Source: Desulfomonilia bacterium
GTDB taxonomy: Bacteria > Desulfobacterota > Desulfomonilia > UBA1062
Assembly: GCA_050014195.1 (NCBI GenBank)
Contig: JBEKDT010000003.1
Location: 32,001 to 96,000 of the forward strand
Direction of reading: 5' to 3'
DNA: 64,000 nt
The notes beneath the pieces are model-generated. The model was not told where the DNA came from. It worked only from the letters and a program-made list of their open reading frames with translations, and searched no databases. Both the position numbers and the translations under genes were made by a program. This document shows, piece after piece, positions 30,044 to 39,615 of this stretch (position 1 is the first letter of the stretch; every line of letters starts with the position of its first letter).

Positions 30044-30918
30044 AATACGCCTACTATCCCGGATGCTCGACTGAATCCACAGCCCGCGACATGAACCAGT
30101 CCACGTATGCGGTCGCCCGGGCTCTTAAGCTCGATTTCGAGGAACCCAAAGGCTGGACCTGCTGCGGCGCCACCGCGGGTCACCAGACCGATCGAGAGCT
30201 CGCCGTTGCATTGTCCGCCGCCAACCTGGCCAAGGTCCAGGACATGAAGTTGGACATGGTCGTCAATTGCGCCGCCTGCTACAACCGGATGAAGGTAGCC
30301 AACCACGAAATTTCCACCCACGCCGCTGTCCGCCGGAACGTCCGTGACGCGCTCGAGAGGGATTACGACGGGACGGTCAAGGTCCGCCACCTCCTCGAGG
30401 TGCTCCTGGAGGATATCGGCCTGCCAACCCTCACCAAGTCCCTCAAACGAACGCTGAACGGCCTCAAGGTGGCCTGCTACTACGGCTGCCTGCTGGTCCG
30501 TCCGCCGGAGATTTTACAGTTCGACGACCCTGAGAATCCGAAGTCTCTCGACCGCCTGGTGACTGCGATGGGTGGCGTTAGCCTCGACTGGCCCTGCAAG
30601 GTCGATTGCTGCGGCGGCAGCCTGTCGCTGTCGCGGACCGACGTGGTAGTCCAGCTCACCGAGTCCATTCTCGATATGGCGGTCCAGTCGGGCGCCGAGT
30701 GCATCGCGGTCAGCTGTCCCATGTGCCAGATTAACCTCGATGTGCGGCAGCAGGACATCAACAAGCTCTCGGGCAGGAACTACCGCATGCCGGTGATTTA
30801 CATCACCCAGCTCCTCGGGCTTTGCCTGGGCCTTGACGCGAGCGAGCTCGGATTTGAAAAGCTGATGGTCCCCGCTGAAAACGTCTTAAAAAAAATGGAA
30901 GTAAACTCTCATGAGTAA
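30040..30918 (+). CDS. hdrB: Heterodisulfide reductase subunit B-like
   Basis: YYPGC, WTCCG, CAAC, YYGC, CCGG, CPMC (two CCG domains). Confidence 0.92.
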   Translation: MKYAYYPGCSTESTARDMNQSTYAVARALKLDFEEPKGWTCCGATAGHQTDRELAVALSAANLAKVQDMKLDMVVNCAACYNRMKVANHEISTHAAVRRNVRDALERDYDGTVKVRHLLEVLLEDIGLPTLTKSLKRTLNGLKVACYYGCLLVRPPEILQFDDPENPKSLDRLVTAMGGVSLDWPCKVDCCGGSLSLSRTDVVVQLTESILDMAVQSGAECIAVSCPMCQINLDVRQQDINKLSGRNYRMPVIYITQLLGLCLGLDASELGFEKLMVPAENVLKKMEVNSHE

Positions 30919-33900
30919 ATCAGACGACAAGAAAATCGGCGCGGTGCTGGTGCAGGGCGGCGGTATTGCCGGCGTCCAGGCGGCGCTCGATCTGGCAAAC
31001 AGCGGCTTCAAGGTTTATCTCATCGAGCGCGACGCAGCCATCGGCGGCATGATGGCGCACCTCGACAAGACCTTCCCGACCGGCGACTGTGCCACCTGCA
31101 TCGTCTCGCCCAAGCTCGTCGAATGCGCGCGGAACCTGAACATCGAGATCCTGACTCTTTCCGAGCTGGTGGGACTGGAAGGCGTACCCGGCCGGTTCAG
31201 GGCTACCGTCCTGCGGCATCCGCGGTATGTGGACGAGAACAAATGTACCGGGTGCAGCGAATGCACTTTAGTCTGTCCTGTGGACATTCCGGACGAGTTC
31301 AACCGCTGCCTGGGGACACGCAAGGGCATTGCCAAGCTTTACGCTCAGGCCACCCCGAACATTTTCGGCATCCTGAAAAACGGCCACTCGCCCTGCAAAA
31401 TGAAGTGCCCGGCCAGGGTGAACGTCCAGGGCTACGTGCAGCTCATCAAGCAGAAGGAATATGTCAAGGCGGTGGAGCTCATCAGAGAGCGGAACCCGCT
31501 TTCGGCCATCTGCGGCCGCATCTGCACCCACCCTTGCGAGTCCGAATGCACGAGGATGGGTGTCGACGCCCCTATCGCCATCCGGCTGCTGAAGCGGTTC
31601 GCATCGGACAAAGAAATGGAGATGCTCGCAGCTGGCGAGCTGGCCCTTCCGGAGGAAAAAGTAACCGCACCGGATGCCAAGAAGGTCGCGATCATCGGCG
31701 GCGGCCCGGCCGGTCTTACAGCAGCCAATGATCTGGCTGACGCCGGTTTCAGCGCCACGGTGTTCGAAGCCATGCCTGAAGCCGGCGGTATGCTCCGCTA
31801 CGGGATCCCAGAGTATCGCCTGCCCAAGAAGGTGCTCGACCACGAGATCGAGATCATTCGCCGCAAGGGCGTGACATTTGTATACAACTGCCGTATAGGA
31901 GGGGACGTCACTTTCGAGTCCCTCCGCAAGGATTATGCCGCTATCTTCATCTCTGCCGGCGCACAGAAAAGCCGCAAGCTCGGCGTTCAAGGCGAGGACA
32001 TCAAAGGCGTCCTGCACGGCGTGGAATTCCTGCGCGACGCGGCTTTATCCAAAAAACCCAAGGTGAAGGACCGCGTGCTGGTCATCGGCGGCGGCAACGT
32101 GGCCGTGGACGTGGCCCGGACCGCGCTGCGCCTGGGCGCTTCGAGCGTCGAGATGGTCTGCCTCGAAGCACGGCACGAGATGCCGGCCTACGAGGAGGAA
32201 ATCGAGGCCACCCTCGCGGAAAACATCAGGATCCGCAACGGCTGGGGCCCCAAACGCATCCTCGGCAACGGAAAAGTCGCCGGCATCGAGCTCAAGCGCT
32301 GCACCCGGGTCTTTGACGAGATGAAACGCTTCAGCCCGGCCTTTGACGAAAACGACCTCACCACCATCGATGCCGACCAGATCATCGTGGCCATCGGACA
32401 GATGGTGGACGAACAGACCGTCAGCCACATCGACGTCCAGACCGAACGCGGCTGTTTCATGGCCGACCCGGTGACCGGGCAGACGTCCGTTGAGAGCATT
32501 TTTGCAGGCGGCGACAATGCATCCGGTCCTTTATCCGTGATCGAAGCAGTGGCTGCTGGCAAACGGACGGCCGAATCCATCGAGCGGTATTTGAACGGCA
32601 AGGATCTGCTCGGCGGCCGGTTTGAGGAAAGCTTAAGTCCGCTCCCCCAGGAGCTCCTGCCGGAGCTCGACAAGGTCGAGAAAAAGTCCCGGCCGCGTCC
32701 GGAAGAGCTGGCGCCCTCCAGCCGCCAAAGGAATTTCAACGAGGTGGAAAAAGGTCTCACCGAAGAGCAGGCACTCGCGGAGGCCGAGCGGTGCCTCAAT
32801 TGCGCCCTGTGCTCGGAATGCTTCCGGTGCGTCGAAACCTGCAAGCAGAACGCAATTGACCACGCCATGAAGGAACGGACAATCACCCTCGAAGTGGGCT
32901 CGGTCATCCTGACCCCGGGCTTTGACGAGTTCGATGCATCGCTTAAAGGGGAGTTCGGCTACGGCCGCTATCCCAACGTGGTCACATCCGTCCAGTATGA
33001 ACGGATGCTGTCCGCCGCCGGGCCGTTTGAAGGGCATGTCATCCGCCTGTCGGACGGACGCGAGGCCAGGCGCATCGCCTGGATCCAATGCGTGGGTTCT
33101 CGCGACAAGGCGTGCGGCAACGAATATTGCTCCTCCATCTGCTGCATGATGGCCACCAAACAGGCGCTCGTCACCGGCGACCACGTCGAAGGGCTGGACG
33201 CCACGATTTTCTACATGGACATCCGTGCCCATGGCAAGGATTTCGATCAGTATTACGAGCGCGCCCGGGCTCAGGAGAACATCCATTACATCAAGAGCAT
33301 CCCCTCGCGGATCGTCCAGTTGCCCGGCAGCAAGGACCTTCGGCTTGCTTACTTCGACGAGAACGAAGGACTTTCGCACAAGGAGTTCGACCTGGTCGTG
33401 CTGTCCGTGGGCATGGAACCGCCGCACAGCATGGCGGGGCTGGCCGCCAGCATGAACATCAAGCTCAACAAATTCGGTTTCTGCGACACCGACCGGCTCC
33501 AGCCGCTTTGCAGTTCCCGGCCCGGCGTGTTCGTGGGCGGCGCCTTCCAGGAACCCAAGGACATTCCCGAGACCGTGACCCAGGCCAGCGCCGCGGCATC
33601 CATGGCCATGGAGCTGCTCGCGCCGGCCCGCAATTCGCTGATAACGAAAAAGAGCTATCCCACTGAGCACGATGTCACCGATGAAGAACCGCGCCTCGGC
33701 GTGTTTGTCTGCCACTGCGGCATGAACATCGGGTCGGTCGTGGACGTGGAGCAGGTGGTCAAGCAAGTGGAGCATGAGCCGAATGTGGTTTTAGCGACGC
33801 ACACCATGTTCACCTGTTCCGACACGAGCCTGTCGAATATCAAGGACATGATCCATGAGCACCGGCTCAACAGAGTCGTGGTGGCCTCATGCACCCCGCG

Positions 33901-35410
33901 GACGCACGAGCCGCTGTTCCGCGAAACCTTACGCGAAGCGGGCCTGAACCCTTATCTGTTCGAAATGACCAACATCCGCGACCAGTGCTCCTGGGTGCAT
34001 TCGGCCGAGCCGGAATCCGCCAGCGAAAAGGCGACTGAGCTCGTGAAGATGTCCATCGCCAGGGCCCGCAGGCTCCAGCCTCTGGAAGGAGGAACGCTCA
34101 AGGTTGACCAGACCGGCATCGTCATCGGCGGGGGCTTAAGCGGTATGACCTCTGCGCTGGCGCTCGCCAACCAGGGATTCGACGTCCACTTGATCGAGCA
34201 GGCGAATCGTCTGGGCGGCACCCTGCACGATATTCACCGGACCCTCGAGCAGGAGGACATCGCCGCCTTCGCTGAGAGTCTCATCGATCAGGTCCGGAAT
34301 CATTCCCAGATCAAAACATATCTCCAGGCCGAGATATCCGGAATCAATGGTCACATCGGCAAGTTCCATGTGTCGTTCGACCAGGATGGCAAAAACCAGG
34401 AGGTCATCGGCGGCGCCATCATCGTGGCCACGGGCGCTCAGGCGGCCGAGACAGGCGAATATTTACACGGCCGGTCCGAGAAGGTCCTGACGCAGGTCGA
34501 ACTGGGGAAGCGCCTTCACGAGAAGTCTTGGCCCGCCCGGGGACAGAACATCGTCATGATCCAGTGTGTGGGCTCGCGAAACGATGAGCATCCCTACTGC
34601 AGCCGCATCTGCTGCTCCATGGCCGTCCAAAACGCGCTGGCCGTCAAAAAACTGGATCCTGAGGCCAATGTAATCGTGCTCTACCGGGACGTGAGGACCT
34701 ACGGTTTCCGAGAAATCTACTACCAGCAGGCGCGCGAGGCCGGCGTGGTCTTCATCCGCTACGCGGCTGATGCGCCGCCCCAGGTGACCGAGGAGGGCGA
34801 CCTGGTTGTCACGCTCAAGAGCCCCGACTTCCCCGAGACACTCGCGATCGAAGCCGACAATGTCGTGCTCAGCACGGGCGTGGAAGTGGACTTGAAGAAC
34901 AACAAGCGCATGTCTGACATGCTCAAGGTGCCGCTCAATGCCGACGGCTTTTATGTGGAAGCGCACATGAAGCTGCGGCCGGTGGATTTTACGACCGAGG
35001 GCGTTTTCCTCTGCGGCATGGCCCATTCGCCGAAGTTCATTGACGAAAACATTTCTCAGGCGCGCGCAGCAGCCGCGCGGGCGGCCACCGTGCTTTCGAA
35101 GACGCAGCTCGACGTCAGCGCCCAGGTTTCGTATGTAGACCAGCAGAAGTGCATTTCCTGCATGACCTGCGTCACCGTCTGCCCGTATTCCGCGCCCTAC
35201 TGCAACAAGGACGGCAAGGGGCAGATCGAGGCAGCCAAGTGTATGGGATGCGGCATCTGTGCGGCCGAATGTCCTGCCTGCGCCATAGAGCTGCATCATT
35301 TCGAAACCGACCAGTTTGTTGTGATGATCAAGGAACTGTTCGCCGGCAACCTCGGGGAAGACCGGGAAGACGGCGAAACCGCGGCCTGCTCGGCAACCGG
35401 TAGGAGGTAA
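30911..35410 (+). CDS. hdrA: Large HdrA-like flavoprotein (HdrL type) with an inserted GltD/NfnB-like NAD(P)H module and a duplicated HdrA domain
   Basis: GGGIAG, LDKTFPT.DC; CKMKCP...ICGRICTHPCESEC, GGGPAG, GGGNVA; two IQCVGSR...YCS.ICC motifs; VFVCHCG; C-terminal ferredoxin. Confidence 0.9.
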   Translation: MSKSDDKKIGAVLVQGGGIAGVQAALDLANSGFKVYLIERDAAIGGMMAHLDKTFPTGDCATCIVSPKLVECARNLNIEILTLSELVGLEGVPGRFRATVLRHPRYVDENKCTGCSECTLVCPVDIPDEFNRCLGTRKGIAKLYAQATPNIFGILKNGHSPCKMKCPARVNVQGYVQLIKQKEYVKAVELIRERNPLSAICGRICTHPCESECTRMGVDAPIAIRLLKRFASDKEMEMLAAGELALPEEKVTAPDAKKVAIIGGGPAGLTAANDLADAGFSATVFEAMPEAGGMLRYGIPEYRLPKKVLDHEIEIIRRKGVTFVYNCRIGGDVTFESLRKDYAAIFISAGAQKSRKLGVQGEDIKGVLHGVEFLRDAALSKKPKVKDRVLVIGGGNVAVDVARTALRLGASSVEMVCLEARHEMPAYEEEIEATLAENIRIRNGWGPKRILGNGKVAGIELKRCTRVFDEMKRFSPAFDENDLTTIDADQIIVAIGQMVDEQTVSHIDVQTERGCFMADPVTGQTSVESIFAGGDNASGPLSVIEAVAAGKRTAESIERYLNGKDLLGGRFEESLSPLPQELLPELDKVEKKSRPRPEELAPSSRQRNFNEVEKGLTEEQALAEAERCLNCALCSECFRCVETCKQNAIDHAMKERTITLEVGSVILTPGFDEFDASLKGEFGYGRYPNVVTSVQYERMLSAAGPFEGHVIRLSDGREARRIAWIQCVGSRDKACGNEYCSSICCMMATKQALVTGDHVEGLDATIFYMDIRAHGKDFDQYYERARAQENIHYIKSIPSRIVQLPGSKDLRLAYFDENEGLSHKEFDLVVLSVGMEPPHSMAGLAASMNIKLNKFGFCDTDRLQPLCSSRPGVFVGGAFQEPKDIPETVTQASAAASMAMELLAPARNSLITKKSYPTEHDVTDEEPRLGVFVCHCGMNIGSVVDVEQVVKQVEHEPNVVLATHTMFTCSDTSLSNIKDMIHEHRLNRVVVASCTPRTHEPLFRETLREAGLNPYLFEMTNIRDQCSWVHSAEPESASEKATELVKMSIARARRLQPLEGGTLKVDQTGIVIGGGLSGMTSALALANQGFDVHLIEQANRLGGTLHDIHRTLEQEDIAAFAESLIDQVRNHSQIKTYLQAEISGINGHIGKFHVSFDQDGKNQEVIGGAIIVATGAQAAETGEYLHGRSEKVLTQVELGKRLHEKSWPARGQNIVMIQCVGSRNDEHPYCSRICCSMAVQNALAVKKLDPEANVIVLYRDVRTYGFREIYYQQAREAGVVFIRYAADAPPQVTEEGDLVVTLKSPDFPETLAIEADNVVLSTGVEVDLKNNKRMSDMLKVPLNADGFYVEAHMKLRPVDFTTEGVFLCGMAHSPKFIDENISQARAAAARAATVLSKTQLDVSAQVSYVDQQKCISCMTCVTVCPYSAPYCNKDGKGQIEAAKCMGCGICAAECPACAIELHHFETDQFVVMIKELFAGNLGEDREDGETAACSATGRR

Positions 35411-35421
35411 AAGTCAAGTCC

Positions 35422-35868
35422 ATGAAATCCGACGTATTTGAACCCAAGATCGTGGCCTTTTGCTGCCACTACTGCGCCTATGCCTCAGCCGATCTGGCGG
35501 GGACCATGCGCATCCAGTACCCGCCCAACGTGCTCATCATCCGCACCCCCTGCACGGGCCGGCTGGAAACCGAATACTTCATGAAGGCATTTGAAAACGG
35601 TGCGGACGGCGTGTTGGTGGCAGGCTGTCTCGAAGGGGGCTGTCATTTTCTCGAAGGCAACCTCTGCGCCAAACGCCGGGTCAACTACATCCGGGACATG
35701 CTCGAGGAGATCGGCATGGAAAAGGAACGCCTCCGCATGGTCAACATTTCCGCCGCCATGGCGCGGCCACTGGCGGACACCATCATCGACATGGTGGAAA
35801 CGGTCCGCAAACTGGGCCCCAGCCCGCTGAGATCGGGCGCCAAATTAAAACAGGAGTGTCGCTCATGA
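35422..35868 (+). CDS. mvhD: MvhD [2Fe-2S] subunit
   Basis: FCCHYCAYASADLAG, PCTGR, GADGV.VAGC..GGCHF.EGN. Confidence 0.92.
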   Translation: MKSDVFEPKIVAFCCHYCAYASADLAGTMRIQYPPNVLIIRTPCTGRLETEYFMKAFENGADGVLVAGCLEGGCHFLEGNLCAKRRVNYIRDMLEEIGMEKERLRMVNISAAMARPLADTIIDMVETVRKLGPSPLRSGAKLKQECRS

Positions 35869-36533
35869 TCGTCGCACAAAGAAAAAGCATTCCCGAACTG
35901 CTCACAATCGTGGAAAAACACCGCAACGTGCTCGTGCTCGGCTGCGGCACCTGCGTCACCGTCTGCCTCGCCGGCGGCCAGCGCGAAGTCAGCATCATTG
36001 CCTCAGCGCTACGCATGGCGGCCAGAGTGAAAGACGTAGCCCTGGACGTCGAGGAGCTCACCATAGAACGCCAGTGCGACAACGTTTTCCTCGAGCAGGC
36101 CGCCGAGGCGGCCAGGCAGGCTGACGCCGTGCTGTCGCTGGGCTGCGGAGCCGGCGTGCAGGCGCTGGCCGAACGTTTTGTGGACAAACCGGTTTACGCG
36201 GGCCTCGACACCGCATTCATCGGCATTCTGGAAGAACGGGGCATCTGGACGGAAAAATGCGCGGCCTGCGGCTCGTGTGTGCTCCATCTCTACGGCGGTA
36301 TCTGCCCGGTCACCCGCTGCGCGAAGCACATGTTGAACGGCCCGTGCAGCGGCTCGCGTGAAGACCGGTGCGAAGTCGACCCCAGCCTTCCGTGCGCCTG
36401 GCAGCTCATTTACAAACGGCTCAAAGATATTGGGCAGCTGGACCGGTTGAAGGAGATCAGGCAGCCCAAGAACTGGCGTCCAAGCCTGTCCGGCGGCTGC
36501 CGTACCATCATCCGCGAAGACCACCGGGTGTGA
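35865..36533 (+). CDS. metV: MetV (methylene-THF reductase C-terminal-like Fe-S/Zn subunit)
   Basis: MIVAQRK, GCGTCVTVC.AGG, RQC, CGAGVQ, CAACGSC...GGICPVTRCAK.MLNGPC.G. Confidence 0.88.
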   Translation: MIVAQRKSIPELLTIVEKHRNVLVLGCGTCVTVCLAGGQREVSIIASALRMAARVKDVALDVEELTIERQCDNVFLEQAAEAARQADAVLSLGCGAGVQALAERFVDKPVYAGLDTAFIGILEERGIWTEKCAACGSCVLHLYGGICPVTRCAKHMLNGPCSGSREDRCEVDPSLPCAWQLIYKRLKDIGQLDRLKEIRQPKNWRPSLSGGCRTIIREDHRV

Positions 36534-36589
36534 CTCGAAAAATATAAGTTCTTTGTTTAACAACTATGTATTGAGAGGAGGGGATATAT

Positions 36590-36994
36590 ATGGTGACAGC
36601 AACACCCCAAGACCTTACTAACATGGCAAAGTGTCTTAATGGATTCGATATAGTTAATTTTGAAAAGCATGATCAGTGCGGATATAAAATTATTTCAAGA
36701 CATAATCTGGGTCTCTTAGCTTTAAAGGGTCTTTTAGAAAAATGCTACCCTGTTAAAAACCTTGAATATGTCGCAGAAAATAATATGCTTGATCGCTTGT
36801 TTTATTCATTTGATTTAAAAACAGATACACATCAGTTTGTCATCAATTCAAAAGTTCATAAACAATTACTTAATGATAAAAATAATGAAATGAGAGATGC
36901 TGCACTTTCTCTCCTTAATGCAATTGAAGAACTACATTTAAAAGATGAAAACGCAAAAGCACGAGATGAATATGTTAAACTTGTTAATAATTAA
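36590..36994 (+). CDS. Hypothetical protein (AT-rich)
   Basis: 134-aa ORF with GGAGG RBS; sharp GC drop after the operon. Confidence 0.55.
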   Translation: MVTATPQDLTNMAKCLNGFDIVNFEKHDQCGYKIISRHNLGLLALKGLLEKCYPVKNLEYVAENNMLDRLFYSFDLKTDTHQFVINSKVHKQLLNDKNNEMRDAALSLLNAIEELHLKDENAKARDEYVKLVNN

Positions 36995-37018
36995 AATTGC
37001 ATAACGTCAAATAGAGTC

Positions 37019-37141
37019 ATGGAAGAGCCTAGAAAGCTCATCAAAGAATCTATCGGGCTTACTCAATGGCTAAGCACAAATCTTGATGGCCTTAGCATAA
37101 AATCAGATGTACGCCCTCGTATTGCTGTCTCAAGTCTGTGA
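37019..37141 (+). pseudogene. Possible truncated gene N-terminus (DUF6988-like from memory)
   Basis: MEEPRKLIKESIGLTQWLSTNLDGLSIKSDVRPRIAV, running into the 3' end of the convergent MCP gene. Confidence 0.25.
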
Positions 37142-38782
37142 TGTCTTAAACTTCTGCACATCCTCTGCAAGAGTTGTCGCCATAGAACGCAGGTTATCCA
37201 TAGTGCTGGCCAATTCTTCCACCGTAGTAGCGTTATTCTGGGTGGAATGGTCTATTTGAGATATTGCCCGGCTCAGCTCTCCAATATTCTGCGTCTGCTC
37301 CATACTTGATGTGCTGATTGTCTCCATCATCCGGAAGAAGAATTCCATACGACTCATGAGCTCTTCTAAAGAAGATGATGTCTTGTTCATCATCTCATCA
37401 CCGTTTTTGATCCTACTTACCGTGCCATCAATTAATGCCTTAATCTCGCTCGCCGCTCCAGCCGAACGCTGGGCCAGTGATCTTACCTCTCCAGCCACCA
37501 CTGCGAATCCTTTGCCGTGCTCACCGGCTCTTGCCGCCTCTACAGAAGCATTCAGGGCCAGCAGGTTCGTGTGGAAGGCCACCTCATTCACGGTGAGAAC
37601 AATGTCCCCGATCTTTCTTGAGTCGAGAGATATCCCTTGTATGGCCTTCATGAGCTCGGCAAACACCTGCTTGCTTTGATCAATGAGCTTGGTTATTGCG
37701 GATGATGCATCTTGGCCTTCATTGATCAAATTAGCATTATTCTGGATTGTTGAGTTCATCTCTTCGATGGATGCTGAGATTTCCTCTACATTCGCCGCCT
37801 GGTCTTGAGTTGCCTGAGAAAGTCCCCGGGAACCCGAACTTACATCTTCAATAGCCTGATGAAGTTCAAGGGAAGTGTCTCTCACATGACCTACAACCTG
37901 CTCAATATCTCCCATGAATTCATTGAACCAGAAAGAGAGCTCTCCCACCTCATTTAATCCGTTCACTTCGAGTCTTTTGGTGAGATCGCCCTGACCCTTT
38001 GCCATGTCCTGGAACATTACGGACATCCTGCCAACTGAAATCGAGAGGTTTTTCATGAGTAGAATCCCGCAAACGAATGAAAGGATTATGGTCTCAAACA
38101 AGATTACATAAAACCCCATCTGAAGGGATGCGATATTGAGCCCTGTAGCCATGGACAGGTAGAGAAGGCCGAGGATAAGCCCCAGGGGAGGAATGGCGAT
38201 GAGGAGGATCGTGATAAGGTTCTTCTGACTGAGACTCAGTCGGAAAAACCTCATATTACTGTCAAGCACCCCCTTCAGGTTGCTTTTCATATAAAAGGGG
38301 GTGAGACTATTTTCTGAGGCAAGATAAATAATCGGGATTGCCAAAAGGCCTATCATGGCAACGGAATTAACCCCGAACAAGAACTCAGGCAACCGTATAT
38401 ACCCTTTAAGATAAATCGGCAATGTTGCCATGAGATTCCCGAACAGGGCAAACCTTAAGAATATCACGATTGACTCTACAAGGGGCAGTAACGAGGCTGA
38501 ACGTACTGCACGATAAATCTCAGCAGGTGTATATGAGTCTTTCTCCATGACCTCAATGGCAGGGCGAATAAGAATATATTTAGTCATTGTGCCTAATATA
38601 AGGCCGAAATTTGCAGCAACTGATGCCCCCATGATAACAGGTAGGAAATTCTTCATGACCGATTCGGATATGTACCTGAAGAAAAACACCACGATAGGCA
38701 TGAGGATAGCAACGGTTACTGTCTCTTGGAAAAGTAAGGGTCTTAAAAATAGAACTTTTGTACTTTCTTTCATCAACGCCAC
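37130..38782 (-). CDS. Methyl-accepting chemotaxis protein with a multi-TM N-terminus and HAMP domain
   Basis: GDLTKRL...NEVGEL, TNLLALNASVEAARAGEHGKGFAVVAGEVRSLAQRS. Confidence 0.93.
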   Translation of the reverse strand: MALMKESTKVLFLRPLLFQETVTVAILMPIVVFFFRYISESVMKNFLPVIMGASVAANFGLILGTMTKYILIRPAIEVMEKDSYTPAEIYRAVRSASLLPLVESIVIFLRFALFGNLMATLPIYLKGYIRLPEFLFGVNSVAMIGLLAIPIIYLASENSLTPFYMKSNLKGVLDSNMRFFRLSLSQKNLITILLIAIPPLGLILGLLYLSMATGLNIASLQMGFYVILFETIILSFVCGILLMKNLSISVGRMSVMFQDMAKGQGDLTKRLEVNGLNEVGELSFWFNEFMGDIEQVVGHVRDTSLELHQAIEDVSSGSRGLSQATQDQAANVEEISASIEEMNSTIQNNANLINEGQDASSAITKLIDQSKQVFAELMKAIQGISLDSRKIGDIVLTVNEVAFHTNLLALNASVEAARAGEHGKGFAVVAGEVRSLAQRSAGAASEIKALIDGTVSRIKNGDEMMNKTSSSLEELMSRMEFFFRMMETISTSSMEQTQNIGELSRAISQIDHSTQNNATTVEELASTMDNLRSMATTLAEDVQKFKTSQT

Positions 38783-39005
38783 CTACCCTATTTATTTTTG
38801 CAAGTGCATGGAAATATCAATGTAGCTTCCTTTTGTTATCGGAAGTTCTTTTTTCATTCTTTATTCCATTCGGGTATCATGTGCCGGTTGTTACACTCTG
38901 AAAAGATGACCCTCAACAAACCTTGATGATTAAACGTAATCGTTGACTTTAAAGGTTAAGGCCTTATTCATTGTTTCCTTAAGACCGAATATGCAGGAGG
39001 GTCAT

Positions 39006-39515
39006 ATGAAAAAGATAGCTCTGCTGGTGGAAAATATGTATGAGGATCTGGAACTGCATTACCCTTTCCTGAGGTTGAAAGAAGCCAGGTTTCAGGTCGA
39101 TCTGGTCGGGTCGGATAAAGGGGTTGAGTATACCAGCAAACATGGTTATCCCATAGTCAGTGATCTTGCCTCACAGCAGGTGAATGCCAAAGACTATGTC
39201 GCGGTAGTGATCCCGGGTGGATACTCTCCGGATATGATGAGAAGGTGCAAGGCAACTATGGACTTTGTGCATGAGATGGACGGGCAGGGCAAGATCATCG
39301 CTGCCATCTGCCACGGACCCTGGATCATGGCAAGCGCCTGCAACCTCAAGGGCAAGACCGTAACCTCCTTTTTTTCCATCAAAGACGACCTAGTCAATGC
39401 AGGAGCCACGTGGGTGGACAAAGAAGTCGTGGTCTCGGATAACCTGATCACCTCTCGCACACCTCAGGACCTTGTCGCCTTCACCTCAGCCATCATCAAC
39501 GCACTGCGCGGATAG
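39006..39515 (+). CDS. pfpI: PfpI/DJ-1 family protein
   Basis: YEDLEL.YP, IPGG..PD, AAICHGP, LITSRTP.DL. Confidence 0.9.
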   Translation: MKKIALLVENMYEDLELHYPFLRLKEARFQVDLVGSDKGVEYTSKHGYPIVSDLASQQVNAKDYVAVVIPGGYSPDMMRRCKATMDFVHEMDGQGKIIAAICHGPWIMASACNLKGKTVTSFFSIKDDLVNAGATWVDKEVVVSDNLITSRTPQDLVAFTSAIINALRG

Positions 39516-39615
39516 AAGAAAGACGTCTATGGGCAGGATCTCCTAAACAAATTAAATACCTTCTCCAACTTCCCAAGTCATTATTCACTTCTTCCTGATC
39601 ACTTCGCCACACCCT

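Noticed and set aside
22506-36533. Selenocysteine recoding in HdrA or MvhD
   Set aside because: The ORFs are uninterrupted and the relevant positions are Cys; no in-frame TGA is needed
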